From Vitrella brassicaformis CCMP3155 (taxonomy: Eukaryota > Protista > Chromerida), in assembly GCA_001179505.1 (NCBI GenBank), contig CDMY01000310.1, positions 1 to 64,000 of the forward strand: a stretch of DNA of 64,000 bases, written 5' to 3'. This document shows, piece after piece, positions 1 through 15,000 of this stretch. Position 1 is the stretch's first letter. Each line of letters starts with the position of its first letter. A program made the translations under genes and the position numbers. Under the pieces are notes generated by a model. It searched no databases. It worked only from the letters and a program-made list of their open reading frames with translations, and was not told the origin of the DNA.

Positions 1-156
1 CATGTGGGGCAGCGTGTACGCGATTGGGGTCATCGTCTGCTGGGGTGGGTGGGTGGGTGGACGGACGGACGGAAGGCGCACATTACATTGTGTTGGTTGA
101 AGGGGTTTGGTTGCTGTATTGGATGCCGCGCATTGTGTTGTGTTGTCTGTGTGCAG

Positions 157-451
157 GTTGCAGTATCGGGACGTCGGTTCACCTGTTGGGCCAGTGGGGC
201 GAGACCAAGGTGTGAATGCAGCGCTAACAACACTCCATCACACCACACCACACACAACAGAGTATGCCCGCCACCATGATGCACCTCAGATCACTCACAC
301 ACAGAGACAGACAGACAGACAGACCACACACACACACCTGGCCAGCCCTGCTGGCCGCCTGCCTGCTGACAACTGGGCACTCGTGTGTGTGTGTGTGTGT
401 CAGGTCATCATGGACACGCTCAAGGGTCTGGGGCTGCACCAGGAGCTGTGA
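157..451 (+). CDS. 3' end of a spliced gene entering from the left edge (hypothetical protein)
   Basis: Exon 157-211 (tgcag|...ACCAAG|gtgtga) joins exon ~403-451 (gtcag|GTCATCATGGAC...GAGCTGTGA), giving ...SIGTSVHLLGQWGETK-VIMDTLKGLGLHQEL*. The flanking introns are microsatellite-rich. Confidence 0.45.
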
Positions 452-1101
452 CTGACGCCAACGATACGATCGTCCCACTGACTCTGTACCGTAGAACCCA
501 TCTGGTAGCATATCAGCTAAGCTGGCGGGGGGCGGGAGGGCTCTGTAGGGTAGACTGATTGGGTGCTGAGCGGTCGCTGTGCAGTGCAGTGCAATGTTGT
601 GTGTGGGTGGGTGGACTGACTGACTGACCCTTAAGTCCGTGTTAACATGGGTTTCTTTGCAGCCAGCGGGCATCCATCCTTACCCGGCCACCGTGTGTCA
701 CACGTTCATCCCTCGCAAGGACACAAACAAGAGTGCCGCAATGCAATGCAGCCAGGCCTGCCAGGCCACACACTCAAAAGCCAGACGAGACACGGACCAT
801 CGATTCCACCAAAGGCCACACACTGATGACTGCCTGACTGGCTGACCGACCTGTCTACTTTTCTATCCTTCCACTGACGAGACAAGCTCATCCCTAGCTA
901 TATATTGTGTGAGAGCTGAGTGAGCCACTTGATTAGCTATCGACGACCTTCTCTCTAGCTGTCCTGTCGGTCTCTGTGTCTCTGTCTGCGATCGATAAGC
1001 GTACCACATAAACAAGACAGACACCCCACGCCCCGCCCCGCCCCTGTCCTGGCGCCATCCATCAATCCATCAGTTCAGTCCCATCGCTGGCTGATGGCTT
1101 A

Positions 1102-3030
1102 TCATTCCTCATTGTCGCCCCAGTCGTTGTTGACGTCGAAGTCCCTGTCGATGGCCGTGCAGTGGGTAATGGCGAACACCAGACGGTCCCTCAGAATCCC
1201 ACTGCTCGAGTACTTGGGCAGCTTCAAGGTGAAGAAACACGTGTCGCTGGTCGGCAGCCTGTCGTCGATGCTGCCTTCGGCCTGCTGGCTCGTCGGGCCG
1301 GAATCCACCTCCATAGCCTCCTCATCGCTGCAGCCAGGCCATACCATGCCAGCCACACCACACCACACCACACCACACCCCACACACGCCATCTACCAGC
1401 ATCTAGCTATCCATCCCATGCATTGTCCGTCCACCCACCTGATAATGCACAGCTCGAACTGGTCGAGTGCGCCCAGCTGTGTCTTTCGCTCGGCCCCGGT
1501 GCTCTCGGACCAGCTGGCGGGCAGCCGGGAGCGGCCCGACACGAACCGCAGGAAGGCCTGACGCTCGAGGGTACTGAACGAACGAAGGATCGACCAAAAC
1601 CACCTGCACACAGAGACACATGGCATGCCACACCACAGCACAGCACACCTTCCACCATTGTCTGTCTGTCTGTCTGTGTGTGTGTTTGTGCCATCCATCG
1701 TACTTGAGCAGTTGTGTCTCTCGATGGCCCCTGTGCGTCGGGCGGATCTTCGTGTTGCGCTGCACGAGACACACACACGCACCCATGCCATGCGTATCTC
1801 CCGCCCCGCCCACATGACAATTCTACGCTCTCACACCGCACCGACCTGCAGCTCGTCAATGTCAATTTGCGGCTCGCCGCACACGAGCTTCTCGAGGTCG
1901 TGAGCAGAGAGCAGCGCCTGCAGCAGGGGGGCCGGCACCATCGACTCGAGCCCGGCGGCCACCAGACGGAAGAGGCCCATGTCCTCTGATGTCTTGAAGG
2001 CCTCAGCCGCCTCCGCCCACTCGGCGGCCGTCTCGCTCGTGACGGCCTGCATCGCACCGCCGGGAAACAACTCCACCAGCTGCCCGCCGTTGTCGACGAC
2101 CGTGAAGGAGAGCCCCTCCCATGGCGGCGGATTGGGAAGAAGGTTGGTCGTTGAAGTGCTGCCCTCCTGGTTGTTGTCATGGTTGCTGCTGCCCGTCTCA
2201 ATGGCACTGCCCTCAGAGGCGCCTGACAGCCGACTCAGGTTTGGCGCCTCTGACATGTCGGTGTCGCCCGATAATGGCGGTGGACTGCTCGCGGCGATCT
2301 TGACGCGCTCGATGAGCTGAGCCGTGAGGTAGTCGGATTGGGCGACGTCGTGCAGTGTGGCTTTCTCGCCGCAGAGGGTCTTCCAGAGCGCCGAGCAGAG
2401 AGTGAGGTTGAGGGGGCTGCGTGTGAGCATAGCAATGCCCATCAGCTTGCCGAGGCCGAAGAGCATCACACCGAGCACATTGCGATAGCACCCGATCGCC
2501 AGCGTGTCGCCCCTCCTTCTGCCGCCCCCGGCAGACGCCCTCACCCCCTCACACACCACACTCGCCAAGTGCGCCAGGACGAAGTCACTGCTGCAGCCGT
2601 TAACGGTGTCGTCCTCCTGCTTGCTGCCGAATTGTGTGTGGAACTGCCTAAGGTGGGGAAAGGTCTCGTTGAGGCGCTTGCCGACTTGGGGATTGAGCAC
2701 CCGTATCTCTCGGCTGGAGCCCACGGCGTCCCGTGCGTTGGCCGAGTCGATGAAGAGCGGGAACTGACTGGAACTCCCACCACACACGTCGTCACACACT
2801 GACCGCAGCGCAGGCAGCCACACACACAGACAGACAGGTGTGTGGGGAGGGATGGGAGGCGGTGGCTCAATTGATTACCTACCGTGGGAGATGACTTCAG
2901 AGTACGGTCCGCCTAGGTCAGAGGCCATCTCGCCCCTCAGCTGCACTTTGAAGGCGTGTGTGCGGCCGAGATGGTCCAGTGGGTGCACCGACTCGGCCAA
3001 ACCGCCGCTCACCTGCGCCCACAGCGACTG
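1102..3030 (-). other. HECT catalytic domain of the giant ligase (catalytic Cys in LPTSDTCF)
   Basis: N-lobe GE-x-x-x-DLGGP motif, and the C-lobe TCF catalytic motif followed by L-x-LP-x-Y, as in HERC-family ligases. Confidence 0.92.
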
Positions 3031-6000
3031 AACACACAAACACCGTCACACACACAGACAGACAGACAGACAGAGATGGATGTGTGGCTTGTGGTGTGCT
3101 GATCGGTCTGGTGGGGGGATGGGGTGGTTGGGCACCTGTCTGAGTGTGTCATCGGTGGGCAGGTCCCGGCTGTCTGCGTCAGTCGTCGCACCGACATGGC
3201 CCGCTGTCCGGCACACAGTCAAGACTTTGTCGCCTGCACACAACACAACCACACACCAGAGAGAGCTACCACTTGTGTGTGTGTGGCTGGCAGGCTGGCT
3301 GACCGGTGTCGGGGCACTGGTGCAGCCAGGTCTTGTTCTTGCGTGTGTCGGTGATGGTGCCGTCGAGCCTCATCGCATGTGCCAGCACATCGCTCGCATA
3401 CACACCGCACAGCAGGGGGTCCGCCGCACTCATGTGGGCGTACGGCTGCCACAGAGACTGCACTCACCAAGCCAACACACACACACACACAGAGAAGAGA
3501 GGGAGACATGTGCCGCGGGTTTGCTCTGTGCTGTGTTGTGTTGTGTGTATGTGTGTTGGTATTCTGACCTCAGCGCTGAGGAGAGCCGTCTTGGTCCGCC
3601 TGCAGGGCCCCCAGTTACAGAACACACACACACACACACAGATCCATCCCCCCATAGGAAATAGACACGTACACTCCTTCCCTCCCCCCCTCCGTCTCAC
3701 CAGAACAGGAAGTGTTTGGCGCCGGCCACCATCTCGAGCAAATCGACCCAACCGCCGCCCCCACCACCGTCATAGACCTCATTGCGGTCCCCACCCCCAC
3801 CAGACACCCCATTGCAGCCCCACTCGGTCCGCCCCACCCTGCTGCACCCCTCGTGGTATGGCCCGCCGCCCCTCTCGCACACCTCCAGCAGCTCACGCAC
3901 GACGGCCGTGTCGGTGTGGCCCAGGGCCACGGCACACGACGCCTGCAGTAGGGGGGCGGGACTCGTGTGTGGGGTGGGGCCGTGGTCGATGGACTGCGAC
4001 TGGCAGCGGGCCGTCAGGAGGGGGGCGGCGAAAGCGACAGACCGGTTGATGTCTGCAGGCAGACAGATACGAACAGACACACACAACAGACAGACAGACA
4101 GACAGACAGGATGACTTTACGACCTTTAGCTACATTGTGTGTGTGTAGGTCCCCCCACGCACGTGCGATGATCCTGATGCGTGTGTCGAGGAAGTCGGTC
4201 ACCGAGCCTGCCTCGACGAGCCGTCTCCTCTTGCTGCCCGGCCCATAGCCGCCTCCCACTTGCCTCATGAGTGCGACGATGGCCGCCAGCCGGGCGCACA
4301 CGTCAGTGTCTCGTGTCGCCCACCTGATGCCCTCCTCGCCTGTGCCGCGCCACCTGCCCACGAGCATCAGCTGCTCGATGGCCGCCAATACCACCATCTC
4401 GAGAGCACCTAGCGGCTGGATCTCGCCATACAGCCTGACGGCATCTGCACTCCGGTCAGGTGAGCTGACTGGTGTGTCTGTCGCCGCCGCCGCTGCTGCT
4501 GCTGGGGTGGGCCCTGGCTCTTCTCCATCATCATCTTTGGTGGCGGCCTTGCCTTTGGTCGATGACGCCCGTCGTCGCTTGTTGTGGCCCATGGCTTTGA
4601 TGAGCTTGACAGCCACGTTGTGAGCGCGCCGCTTGAGGGTGTCGAGTGACCTGCTGTACGCCTCTGTGTCCTGCCACAAGACACACCTGTCCCCCGCCCC
4701 CCCGCCGGCCGACGACTCCATCGTGCCGCTCCGCGCCGAGTGGTACTCCTCGGTCTCGTCATCGTCATCCTCCTCCTCCTCGCTGCCCTCGCTCCCGTCG
4801 TCGCTGTGGTCCCCGTCTGAGTCGGACTCGCTGCTCGGGGGCTCCGATCCCCTCTCTCTGGCTCGTAACACTCTGGCCTCATCAGCACTGTCGCTGACGA
4901 TTTCCACAAGCTCGCCATCGCCATCTTCATCGTCTTCGTCTTCGTCGCTGCTGTCGTCTTCGCTGCCCGACACGGACGGCACTCGTGGCTGAGGTTGGGG
5001 TGGCCGATCCAGCAGCGGGATGTCGGGCTCTTCACCGCCATGGTGGAGGGAGATGAGCATGAGAGCAGCCTGCTCAATGGCCAGCTTCTCGCTGGGCGTT
5101 TCTTCGGCATCCCACTCGCCATCCGCCGTGTCCTTGGTCGAAATGGCGGTCAGTTGCCGCTGCTCGCTCTCCATCTGTGCCTTGTAGCGGCGCATGTGGC
5201 TGTCGACCGATGCTGCCGCTGTTACCCTGTCTGCCGCACGGTGGGCCTGGTGCGCTTGTTGGGCCGTCTCGTCAGCCAGGGTCAGCAGTCGGCGGATGAT
5301 GGCCTGGCCGGCAGACTCGGAGAGCTGGGTGAACGAGGCGGCCCTGTGTCGGTTGGCCATCCTCTTTGCTGACGGTGGCTTCTTGCCATTGTTCTTCTTC
5401 TTGTCCGCCTTGCTCGAGTCGAGGTTCTCCGCCTGGCAGTCCTCCAGCGCCTGCACAAGCAGAGAGTCCGACCACGGCAGCTGCTGCAGCCGATAAGCCG
5501 CCAACTGGTCGGCCGTGCTGCGCTTGTCGGGGAGTGTTTCCTTCCACTCTTTGATGGCCGAGATGCTCTCCACCGCCTCACTGACGCGATATGGGGTCAT
5601 GCGGATCGCGGCCAGATCGACGCCGAATCCCCACAGCTGTCGCGGCTCCCACTGCACCTGCTCGCTCCTCTGCCGCTGGATGACACGTGACGGCACTGGC
5701 GGGGGAAGGACACGCACGTCCCCCGCCTGGGGGACGGGGCACGGCAGTGTGCTCTTGTCGGCGACACGGGGAGGGGTGTGTGAGTGGGGGTCTGAGGTGG
5801 ACCGGCGGGCAGGCACCACCTGCTGGCTGGACTGGGGGGTCGTGTGGGAGGGGGGGCCGGGGCTGGTGATCGACCGAGGTGGCACGCTGCATCGCATCCA
5901 GCAATGAGCAGACAAGAACAGACAGGCACGGTCGATTCGTTGCTCTCTCTTTCTCGCGCGCACGTGTGTGTGTGTGTGTCTTTGTGTGTGTGCTCACTTG

Positions 6001-9000
6001 GCTTGCTCATCGTGCCCAGCGGGCGCTGCGGGTGGAGGGGGCAAAAGCACCTCCGCATGTGTGATGGGCGCTGGAGGTGTCGACAGCGTCTCGAGTCGGG
6101 TCATGATGTCGATACCGTGGCCGGAGAGATCCGCCACGCCAACCTTCCTGTGTGGTATCCAGCCCTTGGCGGCATCCACCTGGTCGATCCGCACACTTGC
6201 ACCCACATCGCCTGGACACACACATGCGCACCGCACACGACCATAGTCAATACACGCGCCGCGCCGCGCCCATGTCATCATTTCAGTCATCTTTCGAGCA
6301 CAGGTCAACTCACTCACCGAGGGCTGCGGCGGGGATGAGGGGCACGGTCCAGGGCACTCCTCGTCGGCCGTCGGTGGCTGTGTTGCTGGCGGTGGCGGTT
6401 GTGTTGGCCAGCTTGAGTGTGGCCACGAGCCCGTCACACGTCAACAGCCGCAGCTCCGAAGCAGGCAGGTCCACTTGAAGCATAAACGTCACCTCGTGGG
6501 CCCTGCAGAGCCCACACACATGCGCATCACATCCATATAGACCCCCTCGCCCCCTCGACCTTGATTGCACTCGTCCACTCACTTACTTGTCGATCTGCCT
6601 GGCTGCTCTGGTCTCGTGTCTTTGTCTCTGTGCAGGCGGCGCCGGGGGCAGCTCGGCGAAGAGCGTGTCGAGACCCATGCCGCCGTTCTCATTCGAGTCG
6701 CCTGACCCGGCCCTCACTGCGACGGGCCGGTCATTCGTCGTCTCTGGTATGTGGAGGGGCGGGGCGTCCCCGATGCGGTCGCTCTTGGCGTCGGTCGTGA
6801 GGAGCGGGTGGCTGGCGGTGCCGATGGCGGGCTGCGGGCCGATGAGCGAGCAGACCTCCTTCATGGCCGAGTATGGGTAAAGGGGCGGGGACTTGTCGCA
6901 TATGGGGTCGGTGGCGGGCCAGGTGAGCAGGGTGTGCGGGGGTGCCAGGGGCGGCGAAACCACGGCGATCACCTCGTAGCCGTCGTCATCTGCCGTGGCT
7001 GCTGACACCTGCCTCTCGTCCGCCCTCTCACCAGCAGCAGCGGAGAAGACCCCGCCCTCAGCGACACCACCACTGGGCGATGCCTCACCAGCCAGATTCA
7101 CCTCACTAGGGGTCTGTCCCTCGACGGTGCCGAGGGGGGAGGGGTGGTCATTCTCTTGTTGGGTGAAGGGGCAATAGTCCAGCGACCACCCGGCCGCCGA
7201 CCAGCTCACACTGACGTAGAAGCCCGCCCGCATCCGCCGATCGGTGAGGGGGGTGCCGACGTCGTCCGCCGTCATGACGCCCAGCGACACCATCGTGGAA
7301 GCATGGCCCGTCATTGAAGCCACATCGCCGCGCCCAGGTGTAGGCGGCCCCGCGCTGCGAGGCTGCAGCTCTTGATCGAAGAGCCTGCCCCAGCCCACTG
7401 TGACGCGGCGAGGGTTGGTCTCTCCCCCTCCAGCGGCACCGGTGGGGTCTGCTGTAAGGGGGCGAAGGGCCTTGTGTGCGCTGTGTTGCCTGCTGCTGTC
7501 GATGAAGGCATCTTTAAGGCGGACGGTGAAGGTGATTTTGTTGATGTCGGCTGTGAAGAAGACGTTGCTGACGGCGATGGGGTAGAAGGGTACCTGCGTG
7601 GTGCGGTGGGCCTCATGGTCGGGGTGCTGGTCGTCGCCGTCTGGGCCGCACAGAGGGGTCGGCTCGTCGATCACCGTCGAGATTTCGTGTCGTGACTGCT
7701 GGCGCAGATTGCTGAGGAATATGATGCCTTCCATGACCTTGGCCGGGTCGCTGCTCCGGATGCCGTAAAGGCGGCTACACACACACAGACGACACACACG
7801 CACGGAATTTGTCCCCTGTGGCTTGGCCATTCACTTACTATTCACTCCCTCAGTCACTCAATCACTCACCAATGCGCTTGCTCGCCCTCCTCAAGGGCAG
7901 CCAAGAACACCCCTTCCGGCAGCTGTGCGTGTCTTAGCACGCCAGATACAGCGCCCTGCGGCATGGCGAGATACACCGTCGACCAGAGTGGCTCCCGTGA
8001 CGCCCGCGCGGCCGCCGTCAGCACCAACTGCAGGTCAGCGAGCCTCGCCTGCATGCTCTCCCCACCGTGGATCAGAAGACACGCATATGGGTCAGAGCCG
8101 CCGTGCAGCTCCTGCGCCTTCCGGACGGCCCTCGTGCAGGGCGCTAGGCGCCTGTCCACCACAAAGTGCGACGACACCAGTCGACACACGACGTACCGCG
8201 ACCTAGGGAAGCCGCCGGCGTTGGCCGTGATCCACTGAAAGTACTTGCGCAACGCGTCGCCGGCCGTGGCCTTGAGCACCAGCATGAGGGTGTCGGCCTC
8301 GTTCTCCTTGACCCATTGCGCTGCCGTGTCGTCGTTGTCGTCATAGTCGACGGGCACGGGTGGCGGGAATGGCGGCGGTGGCCCCCAGCTGTCGTCGGCA
8401 TCTTCTGTGCCGGTGTCGGGGTATGTGGGCGCCGCGGCCCCCTGGCTGATCATGTCCTCGATCAGCTTCCGCGTCTCCTCATCCATCGCTTCCAACACCT
8501 CGGCACTCACGAACCCGTCGGCAGCGGAGTGCTGCTGCTGCTGCTGCTGGGCTGTCGCGGCTGCTGCTGACGACGACGGTTGTGATGGCGGCTGGGGCGC
8601 ATTCTGTTGTCCCGCCGTGCTGTGGATGAGCTGGTCGATGACGTGCTCTGGCCAGTCGACCATCTTGAGAGGGGAATTGTCTTGTGACTCGCCCAGCCTC
8701 TCCCTCCCGAACATCTGGCTGAGGGGCGCCGGCGCAGTCCGACGGGTCCAGTCGTCAGTGTCCTCAATACCGTCGCTGTGTTGGCCACTCTGATTGTCTG
8801 TCATCAGGGTCGGGCTGCCACCGACGTACGGGAGCGAGGGCAGACCCACCGGTGCGGGGCTGCCCTCACTCGCCTGCTTATTCGACGCAGACACCTCACC
8901 CTCCGCTCCATCCTCCTGCTGCTGCTGTTGCTGCTCTCCCGGCGACCGTGACTCTTGCGGCGGCGGCTCCTGCTCAGTCGCGGTCTCAAGCTCCTCTGCA

Positions 9001-12000
9001 GCTGGTGCCTCCTCGGCTGGTGGTGGCTGCCGCGGGTCGCCTGTGACCTCCCACATGGCTGTGCCGGTCTTGCCGAAGCCACTGGCCGCACACATGAGCA
9101 GCACCCACCTATCGTCCGTTAACTGAGTGTGCGTCTTCTTGCTGCTGCCGTTGCTGCTGTCGACGGCTTGGTCCTTGACGCGCCCTCTGGCCCAGACAGT
9201 GAGCAGCTGGTTGGGGAGGATGTGGGTGTCACGGGAGAGATCCACATCGACCACCGAGGTGCCGGGGAGCTCCCGCAGACACACAATGCACTCGGGCATG
9301 CTGGTGGGAGTGCTCTTGTCGTCGTTGTTGGTGTTGGTGTCCCTGTCCCCGCTGCAGTTGATGGGCATCGGTGCGTCTCGGTATGAGTAGCTGTCGATGG
9401 AGGCGTATGGGTGTGGCGAGTGGATCTTGCCGTACATGCGCAGCCGGCTTCTCACGTGGCAATCGAACTCACCACCTCAAATCAACACATCAAGGAAGGA
9501 ACCAAGGAAGCCAACAAAGGTAGGTCTGCCTGTCCGCCCAGCCCAGCCCTGTACGTGTCTTGTGGCTCTCTCTCTAACTTACAGATGGCTTGGCAGTGCG
9601 TCGCGGCGTCGAGCTCGTGTCTTCTCGAGAAGGCAGCCCCCTCAGGCACCGGCCGGCAGTCACCAGATCCCACACACACCTGCAAATGCCACAACACAAC
9701 GACGTCACACACGGGTCACATCACATCACAGCACTCTCTGTGCAGCACAGACTCCCCCCGCGCAAGGCACCTTGCGAATGCTCTTGAGGACGGCGAGTGA
9801 CTGCATCATGAGCACAGCAAGGTTGTTGGAGCCAGATGCCGTGACATCCTCCCCCTTGACGCCCCTTGCCACCGTCAGCAAGAGCGACAGCTGCTCGCCG
9901 GGCACCTTGTCGCTGAGGGCGGCCATGACGCTCATGACGGCCTCGAGCAGCGGCGGGCAGTGGCGGAGGGGGCCCGTTGTCTGTGAGCCAGCACTGCTGT
10001 CTTCCTCACTGCCGCCAGCAATGCGGAAACACGACGCGAAAGAACACAGCTGCGCGAAGATGAAGCACCAGGCGGGCTCCGTGATGGTCTCATGGTCATT
10101 CTCCAGCGACAGGTACGCCTCGAACACAGTGCGGATCAGCCGCAGGATCCTGAGGGGGGACGGGTGGCCGCCATGTGCTTTGGCCCGTGCCAGCAGACCC
10201 AGGAGGGATGTCAGCAGCGTGGGCGTGAGCAGCTGGCAGCGGATTGTTGCCGGCACTGATGAGGCCGCGATGAGGGAGTCCACCAGCCACTCGATAAAGG
10301 CCAGGTTGAGCGTCGGCTCGTAGCAGAAGAAGCCATCTGCACAGCACAGAGGGAAGAGGGAAAGGTAAGGTGCCTTCACGTGTCGTGGACCGGGGTTGCT
10401 TTCACCTTTGTCAGCCCGTTTGTCGTAGAAGGGCGTTTGGTTGTAGGCCTGGAGCAGCTGCTCCTTGGTAGCAAAGTCGATGGACATCTCCCAGGCGGAA
10501 ACGGCCTCTCCCGTCTTGCTGAGGGCCAGCTCCACGTTAAGGTCGTTGCCAACGATGACCAATGGCCTGTCGGCGTCAGTGGGGCCCCGCATGTTGTGCC
10601 AGCACCCCATCCCGCCGCCGCGGTACACACGACACCGATCGCCCTCCCTCGTGGTGCTGCCGGTGACCGTCACAGACAGACCCATGCCCCACACGTGATG
10701 CTCGGCCGCGGCCGGTGGCAATTCTGCTGATGGTGATGATGCCGGCTGCGGCTGCGGCTGCGGCTGCTGGTGGTCTGGTTGCTCGCTAGACCCGGCCGTC
10801 TTTGCTGGAGCCGGGTGGCTCATATCTGGACGCCTGAAAGCCCGGATAACATCCCCAACTGTGCGGATGGGTGGGGGCCTGGCCATGAGCAACTGTGCGG
10901 GAAAGATGGCCACATGGTGGGGATGGGCGCTGCCGTCCGCAGATGGACGGCCGAAGATGGTTATCGACCCAACACCAGACACCAGGGGCTGCTGCTGCGA
11001 TAGGTCCTTCCCCTCCGCCCCCAGCTGCTGCTGCCGCTGCCGCTGTTCCACGCTCAGCGGCGTGTGGTTGATGCTCGAACGAAACCCCGCGTCGCTCTCA
11101 TCCCCTACTGGCCTCAGGAAATCCGCGCGCACCTTGGCGTTGTTGTCGGCCCTGGGGTACCTCTCCTCAAGTGCGTCGATCTGCCGCACCGTCAGCTCCA
11201 TCCCCACGAGATGCAGCTTGGACAGAGCGCGCAGCTCGGTGATGAAGGAGTGGCTTTGGGTGGCCATGGCTGTCACGAGCTGCGCGGCGCGGTGTGCGAT
11301 GGACGGGCGGGACCGCACGCAGTCGTAAAGGAAGAATAGAGTGCGGGAGGGGGTGGCGAGGGCGCGTGTGGGGTCGGAGAGGTAGAGCGTCAGCAGGAGA
11401 TTCTGCGCCAGGAGGGACGCCTCCGTCTGCTCACATCACATGAGGGAGGGACGACGCGCGCTAGGTGTTTGGTGAGTGTCGTGTCGTGAGGGGATTGGTA
11501 TGTTCTATTCTCGGTAAGTACACTCACTCGGTAGACGTGTAGCAGTTCCTCGGTGAGTGGCTCTTGCTGCGCACGGATTTCCCTCTTGAGCTTGGCACGC
11601 TCGTCGTCCGTCACCAGCGGCACCGCCACCACCGTGTCGAGCCGAGATACGGCCTCCTTCTGCACACACAACACAACCCACACACGAACATGACATGGAA
11701 TGCATTGGGTGCGCTAAGCTTATGGGTGTCTGTCTGTCTGTGTGTGTGTGTGTGTGTGTGTACTTTGAGGATGGCCTTCCTCCTGGCGTAGCACTTGTCA
11801 CAGAGGTCGAAGTCACACGCTTCGCAGCGGTACCTGACAAACACACATCAGTAGATATGTGTGTGTGTGTGTGCGTGAATGATCGTCGCATTCACCACCT
11901 CCTCACCGTCCAACTTTACTGCTGCTGTCGAACTTGCCCCCACGCAGGCAGCACCCGTCAACTGCACACAACCACATCACACCACATCACACAGCAGATT

Positions 12001-15000
12001 GCAATCAGTGGCTGCCGTTCGTGTCGTGTCAGTCAGCTCCCATACACACATTGTGGTGAGTCGCATCGCCAGCCCCGCCTTATGTGCGTCCGCTGCAGTA
12101 TGTGCCCATCTCGACACATCGGCTTGAAGCACTGTGTCACGATCGGCAGCCGGCTCTTGGCGCCCTCCTGCTGGCTCCACGCCAGCATCTGCTCGTCACG
12201 CTGACGCAGACTCCGCACCAACTCCCCATCAATGGCCAGACCCTCATCGGCATCACCACCACCAGCAGCAGCCGACGGCTGTTGCGCCACGGCCGCCTCA
12301 GCAGCGGCAGTGGCGGTCGCGACAGCAGCCTCGTCCGTCTGTGGCTGGTCGCCCGATGCGCCTTCGTCCTGGTCTTGGTCGCTGCTGTGTCCATTCTCTG
12401 ATTGGCTGCGGTCGCTGTCGTCGTCATACTCGCTGCCCGACTCACTCCTGTCGCTCGTGTCGCTGTCGCCCTCGTCATTCTCGGAGTTGCTGATGTTGCC
12501 AGCGTTGAAGGGATCGTCGTCCTGGGACGCTGCCAAATCGGCGCTGCGGGGGGAAGGTCTGATGATGGCTGGCTCACTAGTGCCGGCGCACGAGCGAAGG
12601 TCTTTGTGGGCGTCGGATGTGGTGAGGGCATCTTTGTCGGTGAGGATGCGGTCGACGAGCACAGAGGCGGGCAGGTGGGTGGGCCAGCTGCCGCCTGTGC
12701 TGCTGCTGGACGGCTTGCTCTCGACGCCCAAGAGGGTCTGGTGCACCTCCTCCCACGTGAGCATCTCGGCGGTTGTTGGAATCTCGTCACGGATGTCCTG
12801 GTGAATCCCCCACCGTGACAGCAGGTCCACCAGCCACTCCCTCTTGACGCACCGCGTGTTGCCTCCCGGCGCCGTCTCGTCGACCAGAGGAGGGGGCCGT
12901 CCGTTGTCGTCATTGGCCACCTCTGCCCCATCCCCCTGTCCCCCAGCGACCTCATTGGCCGGAATGTCGGCTCCCCGGCCCTCTCCCTCTCCCCCTACGC
13001 CCCCCGCCCTCCCTGCTTCTGTCTGGCTGTTGGCCGCCTGCTCACGCTGCTCGCCTTTGTCAGACACGACGTCCAGGAACGAGTCGGACGGCTCGCCTTT
13101 GTCTCGCCCCAACTTGGCGTAGGCGTACGACACCAGGTGCATGAGCTCACACGCCAGACGCCGCTTGGCCGACGAGACCGCCTTGTCGATGTCGCCATCG
13201 CAGGGCAGATGGCACTCCCTCCCACCAGCTGCGATGCTCTCCAGCAGCGGCAGCAGGAAGGTGTAACGCCCTCCATCAGCTGGCGACACCATCTGCTGGA
13301 GAGCGTCATGGAAGCTGGCGTATCGGTTGAGGGTGGCCAGTGCGCTGCACAGCAGCTGCTGGGACAGCATGTCGTGGTGCCCGTCGATGGGCTTGCCCGT
13401 CCAGTTCTTGGAGCGGGTGATGGCGGCAGCTTTCGCGTCTTCTGTGGTCCTCGACAGGGCCCCGCTGACGTCCAGCAGCGAGCTCTGCTGCCCCCATGTG
13501 CTGTGGACGGCCTCCCAGGACCACTCAACCACGCTGATCACTGTGGCGAGGAGTTCTTGCATAGAATGAGTGCTGTACCGCGACGAGAGGGCCTCAGGGA
13601 ATGATGTGTCGAGGAGGTCTGCCGGCGTGAAAGGGGTGGCGGTGGTGGAAGCTTGCAGGTTGGTGGTGGCGCCTGTGCCTGTCTCCCTCTGCAGCGCCAT
13701 GATGGAGTTGAAGAGCTGGCGGTCCCTGCTGTCGATGCTTCGAAGGCCGCACACCTGCTCAGCTCACACACACATAGCCAGTCAGTCCAGAGACGTCGCT
13801 GCATCCCTGCACTGCACACAGAGCCATGTGAGGTGATGTGAGCCGCACCTGGTTCCATGCAGTTTGTGAGTCGCAGCGGAGGGGGTCGAACCACTGGGTG
13901 CCGTCCTCCTTGCTGCTCGCCGCCGCTCCCACGGTCACATCTCGCCTCTCGCTCGACGCTGGAGGGCCGTGCAGGGCGTCGGCACACTCATCAGCGGCCG
14001 GTCCCAGACAGGCCAGTATTCCCAGCATCTGTGCCTTGTCTCTGCGGGCCTGCAGCGTGTTGATCATCCAGGCACTGCGACAACGGCCCAAGAATACACA
14101 CGGCTCCTCTTCAGCCAGCAGCATCGCAGCTCGGGTGAGTGTGACACCCATGCGCACATGTGAGGGGCTGGGGTGGCCAGCGCCGCCAACCTCCGTGACG
14201 GGCTGCAGGCCCACAGACACGAAGTCATTGCTGCTCAGCTTGGCCTTCCCGTTGGCCGCCGTGGCGTGCTCGCCACTCAATCGGCTCAGACGAAAGGCAT
14301 TCTGGAAGTCCGGCCAGGTGACGACGGCGAGGTGAAGGTCTGTGAAGCGTTCGGGGTCGACCTTGGCCATGATGCGGCCGCCAGCGTGGATGATGAGGCT
14401 GGCCGCCTCCCTCTCCACACAGATGTTGAGCACGGGCAGCTTGGTGCCAAAGCCCTCAATGCTGCTCGATGGCGGTGGGTCGGCGAACTTGAAGCCCTGT
14501 TCTCGCATCTTGGCGATGGAAGGTGCCCTCAGCTGGTGGTTGAAGTGCATCGCCCCCTGCACGCCCTCAAACCCCGTCTGTCTTGCCTCTTCGATCTCGG
14601 TCAACGTCATGGCCACTAGTGCGAAGGACACGGGGACAGAGACCGTCAGCAGCCACGAGGAGGCCTCCAGCGGCAATGCCACGTCAGAGACTAACAGCAC
14701 CGGCGATGTGGTGGCGCCAAAGGCGGCGTCGCGCGAGAAGATGCGGGTGGGGCAGGGCGGGCACAAAGGGAATCGCTCGTCGAACGCCTTCAGCACCTCA
14801 TCGGCACTCCGCTGTGCAAACTGGGCGGCCAAGGTCACAATGCTCTTGGTCAGCTTGCAAGCCAGGCCTGGGCTGTTGAGCTGAAGGGCCCCCAGGATGA
14901 TGTCGAGCACTTTGGGGCTCACTGCCAGCGGGGCGTCGACTTGCAGCATGGTGCAGAGCAGAGAGAGGAACGGACTGATTGGTTGCACAGCACTCTGCAC